Assembly: GCF_020745735.1 (NCBI RefSeq)
Contig: NC_083412.1
Coordinates: 74,552,320 to 74,616,319 of the forward strand
From: Hemiscyllium ocellatum
Taxonomy: Eukaryota
Reading direction: 5' to 3'
DNA length: 64,000 nt
In this document: positions 51,200 through 63,520 of the stretch, one piece after another
Numbering within the stretch: position 1 is the stretch's first letter
Layout of the letters: every line of letters begins with the position of its first letter
The notes under the pieces: model-generated
Seen by the model: the letters and a program-made list of their open reading frames with translations, nothing else
What the model was told of the DNA's origin: nothing
The model's database searches: none
Program-made: the position numbers and the translations under genes

Positions 51200-51780
51200 A
51201 ACTTCATTAAAGTCCTTGAGGGAAGGAAACTGCCATCCTTACCTGATCTGGCCGACAAATAACTCCAGACCCACAGATTCTTAACTTCCATCTCAACAGT
51301 TAGGGATGGGCAATAAATGCTGGCTCAGCCAAAGTTGCTCCATCCCATGAATTAATTTTTTAAAATAAGGCAACAAGATAAAGGAGCAGAATTAAGCCAT
51401 TTGGCTCATTGAGTCTGCTCCACTATTCAATTATCATAGCTCTGTCTTTCAACACCATTCTCCCACCTTCTCTTCAGAACCCTTGAACCCTTATCAATGA
51501 AGAACCTATCTATCTCTGTGTTAAATAGGCTGAATGATTTGGCCTCCTTAACAACCACCCCCCCCTCCCCAACAATGAGTTCCACTGATTAACCACCCTT
51601 TGGCTGAAGAAATACCTCCTCCCCTCGGGTCTAAAGGGTTGTTCCTTCATGCTAAAACTGTGCCCTCTGGTTCTAGCCTCTCAAATTAGAGGAAACATTA
51701 CCTCCTTGCCCAATTTATCCAGGCCTTTGAGTATCAACCTTCTAAGCTCCATTGAGTGTGGACTCAAAATCTTCAACTGA
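51200..51780. mobile_element. SINE 3' part with L2-like tail (51200-51352, +) next to a CR1 3' remnant (51365-51780, -)
   Basis: CAGTTAGGGATGGGCAATAAATGCTGGC tail; AGGAGCAGAATTAAGCCATTTGGCTC antisense CR1 tail. Confidence 0.6.
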
Positions 51781-53295
51781 TAATGTAACTAATTTATGGG
51801 GTAGCGTTAAAGACTTGGGGAAACGTGTTACTTTTGGGTTTTATAGCTAAACATAGTTTGAAAGACTGCATCATATGTAACGTCAGATGATATTGGATAT
51901 TATTCACTTACATCTACAATAGTGTTCTCATCAGAATGAGACTTCCAGAAGCTGCTTGTGATATTAATACATGCATGTGACAAATTCCTAAGCCATTAAC
52001 TTGAAGTGTTACATGTCATATTATTGATGTTCAAAAACACACACAAACCTGAATTTAAATATCACCTTTCACATCTTCAGGGGATTCCAAAGTGTTCATC
52101 ACAAGCTAATGACTTTTAAAGCCTAATTACTATTGTATAAAGGAATACAGTAGTCAATATTCAAATTGTGGGATTCTATAAATGAAAGCATATTATAAGG
52201 TGTTCTGCTTGTCAGTGTTGTTTAATGTTGTTATAGCATTAGCTTTGAGACAAAGTTGATTGCCTGATCTGCATTGGCGTCTAACCATATCGTAGAGGCC
52301 ACATGGAACATCACTCCTTCAGAAATTGAAGTGTCAGCCGAGATCATATGTTTCAATCTCTGGATTGAGCTGTGATTCTGTGGTGTCCTGGCTTAGAGAC
52401 ACAATTACGACCCATTGAGCTAACTCTTCTGGTGAAGGAGACGATTACATATCAGAGACCACACACTCTAACTAAAGAAGGATGCATTTAAAGTTGCAGC
52501 CATGCTATTTTGAAACAAGAATGATTGACTTTCAATGTGAACAACTAGGATAAATTTAATCACTTTTATTTTCCCCTTGCAAAGTCTTAATTTAAAACAC
52601 ACTTCTATCAATATAATTCATTTTAACCATGCTATGTTTAAAAGTAAGTTAATGGAATTCTAAATGTTATCATGAGGTATAGAATATTAAAGCTAGGGCT
52701 CATAATGAACCTTTATAAAACTTTAATAGGACCTCAGTTAAAGTGCCATGTATTCAACACTGTAGGAAAAATATTGAGGCTTTAGGGGTGAGTATGAAAT
52801 AAATCAGAAGGAAGTTGTCTGAAATAAGACAATACAAATATGAAAAAAGGCTTGAGAAAAAGTGTTCATTCATTTTCTTCCAATAAATACAAATTAAGGG
52901 AATTGGGGCAAAAGGATCTGTGGGAAAATCTCCTTCCTTCCCCCTTTTTGTCTGGAAAATCTTTTATCAACTGAGAACTAACCTTGTCCCCTGTACAAAA
53001 ACTTATTAATGTCAGATGGTCAAGGTTATTGGTCCCAGAAATATTATGGGAATAACACTGGACCAGACCCCCAGGGCAAACACTGAAGGCCTGGAAGGGA
53101 AGACTTGCATTTATGTATTACCTTCCAGCCCCAGGAAGCTCCAAAGCACTTTCCAGGCAAACAATTATCTAAGAATCAAAACCATGTTGTAATATAGAAA
53201 ATGAGGCAGCCAATTTACACACAGTAAGACACAATGATCAGCACTAGAATTGTGATCAAATAATCTGTTTTTGTTTTGTTGGATGAGGGATAACT

Positions 53296-55380
53296 ATTGG
53301 CTAACTGATTGGAGGCAGATGTTTGCAGGTAAAGGGATGGCTGGAAAAAGGGAAGCCTTCAGAAATGAGGTAACAAAAGTCCAGAGAAAGTATATTCCTG
53401 TCAGGGTGAAAGGGAAGGCTGGTAGGTATAGGGAATGCTGGATGACTAAAGAAATTGAGGGTTTGGTTAAGAAAAAGAAGGAAGCGTATGTCAGGTGTAG
53501 ACAGGATAGATCGAGTGAATCCTTAGAAGAGTATAAAGGAAGTAGGAGTATACTAAAGAGGGAAACCAGGAGGGCAAATACAATGAAGGAGAATCCAAAG
53601 GGTTTTTACAAATATATTAAGAACAAAAGGGTAACTAGGGAGAGAATAGGGCCTCTCAAAGGTCAGCAAGGTGGCCTTTATGTGGAGCCACAGAAAATGG
53701 AGGAGATACTAAATGAATATTTTGCATCAATATTTACTGTGGAAATGGATATGGAAGATATAGACTGTAGGGAAATAGATGGCGACATCTTGGAAAATGT
53801 CCAGATTAAAGAGGAGGAAGTGCTGGATGTCTGGTTAAAAGTGAATAAATCCCCAGGACCTGATCAGGTGTACCCGAGAACTCTGTGGGAAGCTAGACAA
53901 GTGATTGCTGGGCCTCTTGCGGAGATATTTGTATCATCGATAGTCACAGGTGAGTCACAGAAGACTGGAGGTTGGCAAACATGGTACCACTGTGTAAGAA
54001 GAGCGGCAAAGGCAAGTCAGGGAACTATAGACAAGTGAGCCTGACCTTGGTGGTGGGCAAGTTGTTGGAGGGAATCCTGAGGGACAGGATGTACATGTAT
54101 TTGGAAAGGCAAGGACTGATTCGGGATAGTCAACATTGCTTTGTGAATGGGAAATCATGTCTCACAAACTTGATTGAGTTTTTTGAGGAAGTAACAAAGA
54201 GGATTGATGAGGGCAGAGCAGTAGATGTGATCTATATAGACTTCAGTAAGGCGTTCGACAAGGTTCCCCATGGGAAACTGACTAGCAAGGTTAGATCTCA
54301 TGGAATACAGGGAGAACTAGCCATTTAGAAACAGAACTGGCTCAAAGTAAGAAGACAGAGGGTGGTGGTGGAGGGTTGTTTTTCAGACTGGAGGCCTGTG
54401 ACCAGTGGAGTGCCACAAGGATCGGTGTTGCGTCCTCTACTTTTTGTCATTTACATAAATGATTTGGATGCGAGCATAAGAGGTACAGTGAGTAAGTTTG
54501 CAGATGACACCAAAATTGGAGGTGTAGTGGACAGCGAAAAGGGTTACCTCAGATTACAACAGGATCTGGACCAGATGGACTAATGGGCTGTGAAGTGGCA
54601 GACTGCATTTAATTCAGATAAATACGAGGTGCTGCATTTTGGGAAAGCAAATCTTAGCAGGACTTATACACTTAATGGTAAGGTCCTAGGGAGTGTTGCT
54701 GAATGAAGAGACCTTGAAGTGCAGGTTCATAGCTCCTTGAAAGTGGAGTCACAGGTAGATAGGATAGTGAAGAAGGTGTTTGGTATGCTTTCCTTTATTG
54801 GTTAGAGTATTGAGTACAGGCGTTGGGAGGTTATGTTGCGGCTTGGAATGTTGCGTGCAATTCTGGTCTCCTTCCTATCAGAAAGATGTTGTGAAACTTG
54901 AAAGGGTTCAGAAAAGATTTACAAGGCTGTTGTCAGGGTTGGAGGATCTGACCTACAGGGAGAGGCTGAACAGGCTGGAGATGGAGCGTCTGAGGCTGAG
55001 GGGTGACCTTATAGTGGTTTATAAAATTATGAGGGGCATGGGTAGTGTAAATAGGCAAAGTCTTTTCCCTGGGGTGGGGAGTCCATAACTAGAGGGCATA
55101 GATTAGGGTGAGAGGGGAAAGATATAAAAGAGACCTAAGGGGAAACTTTTTCCATGCAGGAGGTGGTACATGTATGGAATGAGCTGCCAGAGGATGTGAT
55201 GGAGGCTGGTACAATTGCAACATTTAAGAGGCATTTGGATGGGTATATGAATAGGAAGGTTTTGGAGGGATATGGGCTGGGTGCTGTCAGGTGGGACTAG
55301 ATTGGGTTGGGATATCTGGTCTGCATGGATGGGTTGGACTGAAGGGTCTGTTTCCATGCTGTACATCTCTATGACTCTAT
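53296..55380 (+). mobile_element. CR1 (HER1-like) RT-3' ~2.1 kb inserted in an old SINE
   Basis: KSPGPDQVYP, NYRQVSLT, YIDFSKAFDKVPH, GVPQGSVL, FADD; tail CTATGACTCTAT; same subfamily as 35778-36960. Confidence 0.93.
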
Positions 55381-55650
55381 AACTCTAAGTCCCTTGGGAT
55401 AACTCTGCTGTTCTTCTCAAAACTATTCCCATGGATTCTTTTACATTGATCTGAGACAGTAGGTAAGCCTGAGATTAACACACAAGCAAAATTTGCTGGA
55501 TGTTGAAAATCCAGAATTATATCAAAAGTATTCAGAAGGCCTCCCGAGCCTTTGCAGAAAGCAAAATTGATCTGTAACCTTCCCTCAGAACTTATCATAA
55601 CATCTTATCAAAACAACAGCCTATCAACAATGCAGCATCCCTTCAAAGTG

Positions 55651-55806
55651 GCAAATGTGTTGCTGGTTAAAGCACAGCAGGCCAGGCAGCATCTCAGGAA
55701 TAGAGAATTTGACGTTTCGAGCTGAGATGCTGCCTGGCCTGCTGTGCTTTAACCAGCAACACATTTGCAGCTGTGATCTCCAGCATCTGCAGACCTCATT
55801 TTTTAC
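55651..55806. mobile_element. PLE family A inverted hairpin insertion
   Basis: Perfect ~46-bp arms GCAAATGTG..ATCTCAG / CTGAGAT..CATTTGC; TSD TCCCTTCAAAGTG at 55638-55650 and 55807-55819. Confidence 0.92.
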
Positions 55807-57027
55807 TCCCTTCAAAGTGCACTGCTGCATCAGCCTAGACTTTTCTGCTCACGTTTCTGGAGTGAGATTTTAACCCAAACCCTCCTGTTGTGTCAGTAAC
55901 TTAGTTATGTCACCAGCAAAGCCAAATTAGGCTTTTTGTTTTGCTATCTGTGAGGATGTAACGTTTGTATGACATGTCGCATCACTTCAGATGGTAAACC
56001 ACATTATCCTCATCAAACTCACAAGATCACAGATTTAATATAATACTGAAGAGGCCATTGGCCCATTGTATCTGTACTGTCTCTTCAAATGAGCATTTTA
56101 TTTAGTTCCATTTTTCTGCTTTCTCCCTGTAACCCTGAACTTCGTTACTTTTCAGATAAACAGCTAACTCCCTTTTGAATGTTTCAATTGAACTTGCCTT
56201 CACCACAAATTGTCAAACAGGGCAATGCAGACCCCCAACCACTAACTTTGTTCATGGAATGTGGGCATTCCTGGTTAGGCATTTATTTTTTTATTGCTGG
56301 AGACAGGGACAGCATTGAAAGATCCCCTTCAGAAGATGCAGAGCACGGCAAACTATGTTAGCTGGACACAGAATGATGAACTTTGTCCTTTTATCCATGA
56401 AAGGACAGTTTTGGAGCTGTCATGGAAAATGTGAGTTGTTCTGTCAGAAATTCCAAAGGCCGCACACATGCTTGGAGAGAAAGTGGAGGTGTCTGTCTCT
56501 AAAATGAGTGGTATAATGTCTGAAGTATTTGTACTGATATCCATAGATATAATATCCATCTGCATGAAGAATCAGGTGTGACTGGTCCCTACCAGTTTTC
56601 TGCATATGCAGTCTCACATTTTAAAAGGATGGAGAAAGTCCTTATCATGGCCATTCAGTGCGCCATTGAAGTGCAGCAAAGTGCTCTTGGCTAATAGGTA
56701 GGAATAGGTAAACTAAAAGATGGAAGCTATTTAGAAAGGACAGTGGGCCCTTTTTTTAAAGGCACTCCCACTTCTTGTTCTCTTTACCCTTCTACTCCAA
56801 GTCTTTGATTTATTTATTGTCACATATATTTTGTTACAAAATCCAGTGAAAAAAACCCAATGTGCTGCCTTCAAACGAAATGTTCAAATCTGCATTTCTG
56901 GAAGTGACCAGTCTTTGAGAGGCACTCAAGTGCTCCAAAACCTAAAGGAATTCTTATTTAAGCAATTTACTTGTCAGAACTGAGGAATGAACAGCCCACT
57001 TTCTGGTCTGTTGAAGCCACAAAGCTT

Positions 57028-58020
57028 CATAGAGTCATAGAATTTACAGTACAGAAGAGGCCATTTGACCCATCATATCTACTAGCTCCCAAAAAAGCTA
57101 CCCAATTAACCCCATTCTCCAGACCTATCTCCATAGCCATCTAAAAGAATCACTCCCAAAAATATACCCAGCTCTCTTTTGAAACTTCCTATGGAATCTG
57201 CCTCTACCATTCTCTCAGGTAGTGTATTCCAAATCCTAACAACTCTCTGAGTAAAGAAGTTTCTCTTCATCTCTTAGTTCACTTGCTGACAATCTTGAAG
57301 TTGTGACCCTTAGTTGCTGACATACCATCTAGTGGAAACAGAATGTCCTTCTTTAATCTATTAAAATTGTTCATAAGTCCTCTGATCAAAGGAGAATAAG
57401 TCCAATTTATCTAATTTTTCCTTTGTCTAAAATACCTCATTTCTGGTATCATTCTAGTAAATCGCTTTTGCACTCTCTCCAGGGCTTTAACATCTTCTTA
57501 AATTAGAGAACTAGCCTGGTCACCTCCAGAGTATTATGCCCATGAACCCCGAGGCCCTCTGATTCTGTACTCTCCTCAAAGTTGGACATGGAGCCCGTAT
57601 TGTGCCTCTTTGTTTCTATCAAAATGCATTGCCTCACATTTCTCTGCATTGAATTTCATCTGCCAGGTGTCTACCCATTTGGTCAACTTGACAATGTCCC
57701 TCTGAAGTCATTCAGCATCATCCTCGCAATTCAATGTTTTCTCCAGCTTGGTATCAACTGCAAATTTAGAGACTTTGCCCTCGACACCCATCTCAAAGTC
57801 ATTTATGTTAGTCAGAAAAAGCAAGGATCCTGACACCAATCCCTGGGGACCACTTTATCCAATCTAAATGCCCATCTATACCTACTCTCTGTTTCCTATC
57901 TTTTAGCCAACTTCTAATCCATGCTGTCAAGGACCCATGAATCCCAAATATATCTAATGTGTTAATCAAACAGCTCAATGTCACTGAATCAAGCACTTTC
58001 TGAAATGTTGCACCATGTTG
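57028..58020 (-). mobile_element. Old CR1 RT-3' remnant
   Basis: GIHGSLTAWIRSWLKDRKQRVGI and antisense CR1 tail CATAGAGTCATAG. Confidence 0.8.
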
Positions 58021-58774
58021 CACTAATAGTCAAAGGAAGATGAAGACTTCTTAGTTGTAAAAGGATTTTTTTTAAAGGTAATGTAATCACCACAGATCAC
58101 AGCATTTAATTGAGCTGGTGTGTGTGTGTGTGTGTGTGGGGCGGGGGGGGTGGGGGCGCGGGGGGGAACAATAAGTTATTTTAATGCACTGGAAGATATT
58201 ATGACTGTGAGAATGAGTTGTATCCATGAAAGAAATGGAGCAATATACGTGACTTCAACCATAGGGGTTAAGGAACAGTAATTTTAAAAATTAATTTTAT
58301 AAGTAAGTGACACTTGAAGTTAACAAGAAGGCACTGCATAATGTCAAACAATATTAAATTACACAAGACATGCAGTAAGGCGTGAAATTTAAAAGTGGCA
58401 AGAAAAAAAGATTCATCAGAATAAAAAGAAACAACTTGCATTTTTAACCTAATGAAATATCTGAAGATATTTCACAGGAGCATTATCAAGCAGAAATTTG
58501 ACAGTGGGAACCAACAGAGATATTGGAACAGATGACCAAGAACTGGACAAACAAATAGGATTTAAGAAGCATCTAATGTTATAATCTCAGCTAATGTTAA
58601 TACCGGACAAGTCAGAACCAGTTTAAGACCTGGCTTGAGAGACTATAAATTATACTTCTGTTTTTGTTTACCTGGAAGGTAAGTCAATTAACATATTCAC
58701 AAGACATAAAATGTTACACAAAAGGAAAAACATGAACTCTGTTTACACTGTACCAAGAACTATTAGAACAGAAT

Positions 58775-58993
58775 GGAGAAAGTGGGGACTGCAGATGCTG
58801 GAGCTCAGTGTTGGGAATGTGGTGCTGGAAAAGCACAGCAGGTCAGGCAGCATCCAAGGAACAGGGGAATTGACGTTTTGGGCATTAGACCTTCATCAGG
58901 ACAGGCTGATGAAGGGCTCATGCCTGAAGCGTCGCTTCTCCTGATCCTTGGATGCTGCCTGACCGGCTGTGCTTTTCCAGCACCACACTCTCG
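58775..58993. mobile_element. PLE family A inverted hairpin insertion
   Basis: Arms meet at CTTCATCAGG-ACAGG-CTGATGAAG; TSD ACTATT(A/G)GAAC at 58759-58769 and 58994-59004. Confidence 0.88.
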
Positions 58994-59367
58994 ACTATTG
59001 GAACCCATGCACTACAAATATCAGGAAGAAAGATTCAAATCTTATACCCCAACATCCTGACAAATGCCCAAAGCTCAATGAAAGGTTACACCTGTATTCA
59101 TGTTAATGCTCCTTATGGTACAGCTATAATTACTTTCTTTCCAGCAAATGTCTTCATTCACTCAATATTCTTGTGATAAAGGCTTATAGTATGTTGCTAT
59201 TACCTGGGAAATAAGAGTTGAAGGTTGAGACAAATGTAATTTGCTTTTACTTCTATGAATTAGACATTTAAAAAAAAAAGGTCAGAAAGTCATTTCTGAG
59301 TAGTAAGGTTGAAATAGTCTTTTCATGAAAACATGTGATTGAAGTGTAGTGAAGCAATTACCATCGG

Positions 59368-59414
59368 AGGTGGTGGGGAGGGGGGGGGGCGGGGGGGGGG
59401 GGGGGGGGGGGGGG
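59368..59414 (+). repeat. Poly-G tract (G-quadruplex-prone)
   Basis: About 40 nt almost pure G; a similar (TG)n plus G-run at 58118-58168. Confidence 0.8.
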
Positions 59415-59697
59415 TGTTGAATGATGAGTGGTTCCTAGGTTCAGTTTGATAGAGGCCATATGGAGATTAAGCTCAGAAGAAGAAAAGCATAATCATAAGG
59501 ACATTTTGTTCCAATTTGTAAAAGCATTCAAGGAATGAGATTTTCTCAAAGTTTTCAGGACATTGGAACAGTAAAGAAATCGTAATATGTTTCAATCGTC
59601 CAAACAGAACAGTTAGGAGAGACAGAAAAGTAAGAAATTAAAGAGTTAATATCAGAAAAGGATATTGCTGGAAAATGATTGAATATTTCTTATTGAT

Positions 59698-60915
59698 AAA
59701 TATGTGACTTAGCTCACTGAGCTTGAAGGTTTGCTTTCAGATGTTTCGTCACCATACTAGGTAGCACCATCAGGGAGGGTCTCTGTTGAAGTGCTGGTGG
59801 TATATCCCACCTCTCTATTTTTAGATTTTGGTTTCTTAAGGTGGGTGATGTAATTTCTGTTTTTTCAAGGGAAGGTAGATAGGGTCTAAATCGGTGTGTT
59901 TATTGATGGAGTTCTGGTTAGAATGCCATACCTCTAAGAATTCTCATGAATATCTTTGTTTCACCTGTCCTAGGAGTTATGTGTTGTCCCATTCAAAGTG
60001 GTGTCCTTCTTTGTCTGTATATATAAAAACTAATGATAGTGGGTTGTGTCTTTTGGTGGCCAGTTGGTGTTCATGTATCCTGCTGACAAGGCTTCTGCTA
60101 GTTTGTCCGATATAGTGTAGTTTACAGTTCTTGCATGGTGGAGAAAGTGAGGTCTGCATATGGTGGAGATCACAGCTGAAAATGTGTTGCTGGAAAAGCG
60201 CAGCAGGTCAGGCAGCATCCAAGGAACAGGAGATTCGACGTTTCGGGCATTAGCCCTTTTTCAGGGCTTATGAAGCCATTCCTGAAGAAGGGCTTATGCC
60301 AGAAATGTCGAATCTCCTGTTCCTTGGATGCTGCCTGACCTGCTGCGCTTTTCCAGCAACACATTTTCAGTTCTTGCATGGTATCTTGTAAATGACATTA
60401 GTTTTGCTGGTGGTATCTAATGGATCCTTTAGGTTCATTAGTCGCTGTTTAAGTGTATTGGTAGGTTCGTGGACTACCATGATGCCAAAGAGTCTGAGTA
60501 GTCTGGAAGTAATTTCTGATATGCCTTAGATGTAAGATAATGTGGCTATAGTTTTGGTTGCATTGTGTCTGCTTGACTGGGACAACACACACACCCTAAG
60601 AGAGATGAAACAAAGACACGCCCAAAAATTCTTAGAGGCATCGCATTCTAACCAGAACTCCATCAATAAACACATCGATTTAGATCCTATTTACCTTCCC
60701 TTGGAAAAAAAGAACCAGAAATGACATCACCCACCTTAAGAAACCAAGACCTTATAAATAGAGAGGCAGAACATGCTACCAGCACTTCACCGGGGATTCT
60801 CACTGATGATGTTACCAAGTATGGTGAGGAAACATCTGAAAACAAACCTTCAAGCACAGTGCTAACTTACATGCTTAACATCAATCTGAGTGACAAATCT
60901 CCTCAAAAATTGCCA
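59698..60915. mobile_element. Poseidon-like PLE inverted pair (family B)
   Basis: Minus arm NVIYKIPCKNC..YIGQTSRSLVSRIHEH; plus arm DWDNT..KFLEASHS..INKHIDLDPIY; degenerate hammerheads at about 59738-59776 (-) and 60800-60839 (+); TSD ATTTCTTATTGAT at 59685-59697 and 60916-60928. Confidence 0.88.
60140..60367. mobile_element. PLE family A inverted hairpin nested in the family B GIY-YIG motif
   Basis: TSD CAGTTCTTGCATGGT at 60125-60139 and 60368-60382. Confidence 0.92.
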
Positions 60916-62189
60916 ATTTCTTATTGATTTGTATGTTAAGATTTTTAGGAATTCTATTATTATTTGCTTTTTAAAATTCTTTTGTGTGCCATAACTTTGA
61001 TATTCTCTTATTAAATGTACATTGGCAGCCTTGTATGAATATGTTCAGTAACTGACCATCATAGTAATCAAATTACAAAAGAAAAACCTGTGATCTATTT
61101 GCACTGAGATCTGACCTGTCTAGTATTGCATCACTGGGTTCATTATACCTTTTTTGTAGTCAATGTCTCTTCTTGAGACACTGAAATAAAATTCTAACTC
61201 AGCTCGCTTATTATGTAACATGGATACCTTAACCTCATGCGTTATAGGATATTTCCTGACTGAAATCTCCATAGCCTTCTATTTCTGACTTCCTTCTAAT
61301 CAACTCATATTTACTTTTCTGCAGCACTGGCTGGTCAACAACTAATAAAAATGCCTTCATTGTTAAGGGTCTCTTTGATTGAACTTGCCTCTGTTTGAAT
61401 AAACTTGCCTCTGTAAAGCTTCTGGGCCTCCTTCACTCTCTCTGGATTTTAAGCCCCAAATGATCAAACAACCAATTATCTCCCCAGCTTTTGTTTTGCC
61501 TTTAGACTGTATTTGAAGCCTTGGAAATTATTTTTTAAACTTATTATTTAAAATGACTGTTAAGTTTTTCCAGTAGTAAAAACTAAAATCCATTTTTTTG
61601 TCCACTTCAGAATGCAACTTCCCATATAATAACAATATAATCCAAGCGTTCACTACAATAAGAAGGAGAGAGCAATAGAAAGTCTCAGGAAGGAAATTCC
61701 ATTGACTTGGTTATATATGTAACTAGATTGCAAATGCTCTATATAACATGAACTGGAAGAAGTAAAATACATGCAGGTGCTGTGCTCTGCTGTTGCCAAT
61801 TCAGGATTTTCCAATCTGCCCATTCAATAGTGCAGCTGCTCTCATTTATTGTCTGTTGCTGTTCAAAAGGAATTTGCATTGAAAGTCTGTTTTTGTGCAT
61901 TGCTTGTTTTGTTGAACTAAAGTGTTCGTGATGTCTTAGTCTGTATCTCAATCTGTGGAAAAATGGAGCCAACACTATTGGGTGGCTGTGAAGTGATGTA
62001 CTAAACGCTTTTAATTTTTCAGTCAAAAACATCCCGATGTCCATTCTTGACTTCTCAGCTCTCAGGCTGGCATGATATCAAGCAAGGTTATGCTGCCTTA
62101 TTGAGTAGAGTGCCGAGAATGCACGTTCTAATGTCATTCTAATGGCATTGCAGTCATCGGAATTTGATATCCAAATTAACATACAATCT

Positions 62190-63520
62190 TAAGACAAAGA
62201 ACAAGAGTAGACTCCTTGCACCTCGAGTCTGCTCCGCCATTCAATATGATCATAGCTGATCTTCTGCTTTGACTGCACTGTCCTTCTGCTCTCCATATCC
62301 CTTGATCATGAACAGATTAAAAATTTCTCAAATCTGCCTTAAATATATCCAATGATGAGTCATGCACAATCTTTTCCTGGAGTTTATTCCAAAGATTCAA
62401 AACCTTTTGAATGGAGCAATTTCTCCTCATCTCAGTCCCAAATGAATGACTGCTTATTCTGAGAGTGTGTCCGAAGATCCTGTACCTAGGATGTACACCT
62501 TGTAAACCAAGTACCTAGGATGGCGCCGTAAGTGGCAATTTGGAAACTTTTCACTGCACTCATATGAGTACATGTCACAAAAAACCCAACCTAATTTAAA
62601 CCTCATTTTCAAGGTTCCCCAGCCAGAGTGAAACAAATTCTCAATGTCTCTCTAGTTATAGCCAGGTGGCATGTTGGCTCGGTGGTCAGCACTGCTGCCT
62701 CACAGTACCATCAACTCAGGTTCTATTCCTACACTGGGTGACTGTCCTTGTGGAGATTGCACATTCTCCCTCTATCTATGTGGTTTCCTCTGGGTACCTC
62801 AGTTTCCTCCTACAGAACAAAGATGTGCAGGTTAGTTTGATTGCCACACTAAATTGTTCTTGTGTCCAGGAATTAGTGGATTAGCCATGGTAAATGGAGG
62901 GTTATAGGGATGGGGTGGGCCTGACTGGGATACTCTTTGGAGGGTTGGTATGGATATGATGGATGGAATGGCCTGCTTCCACACCATAGAGATTCTAGTC
63001 AAGTCCCCTCAGAATCTTGCATGTTTTAATCTAATAACATTTTATTCTTATAAAACCCAGAGAGAATTAAGCAAATTTGTTCAGCTTCTATTTCCATAGT
63101 CCTATCTAGTGAACTCTCACTGTACAGTTTCAGTGCCTTTTTATCCTTCCTTAAATACGGAGACACAACTACTTGCAGTTTTCCGGGTGTGCCCCCAAGA
63201 AATCCTGGTACAAGTTGAACAAGATTTCATTACTCTTACTCTCAAAATTCCTTGCAATAAAAGTGAACATGCCATTTGCCTTTCTAATTGCTTGTTGTTC
63301 TTTATCAGAGCTTTTTTACATTCACGCTTTTTTAAAACATAAATTCTGCTTTTTTTTTACAGCCAAGGAGAATAACATTACACTTCCAAAAATACACTCC
63401 ATCTGTTACCTTGTTGCCCACTGATTTAACCTGTCTATATCTCTTTGCAGCTCTTTGTATTTCCTTACTGTGATTCCCACTTAGCTTCATAAACATGGAT
63501 GCATTACTCTTGGTGTGGAA
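62190..63520 (-). mobile_element. Old CR1 3' remnant, interrupted
   Basis: Antisense CR1 tail at 62200-62260; FLAIKVNMPFAFLI antisense-type segment at about 63250. Confidence 0.6.
62665..62997 (+). mobile_element. Old HE1-like V-SINE
   Basis: GGTGGCATGTTGGCTCGGTGGTCAGCACTGCTGCCTCACAG head, V-domain, and GAATGGCCTGCTTCC tail. Confidence 0.75.

Larger units (their letters stand above)
53100..55900 (-). mobile_element. Old tRNA/Deu-like SINE split by a CR1 and a PLE hairpin
   Basis: Segments 53100-53295, 55386-55480, 55625-55650 and 55820-55890 are collinear with the 7000-7930 and 52050-52430 copies. Confidence 0.5.
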
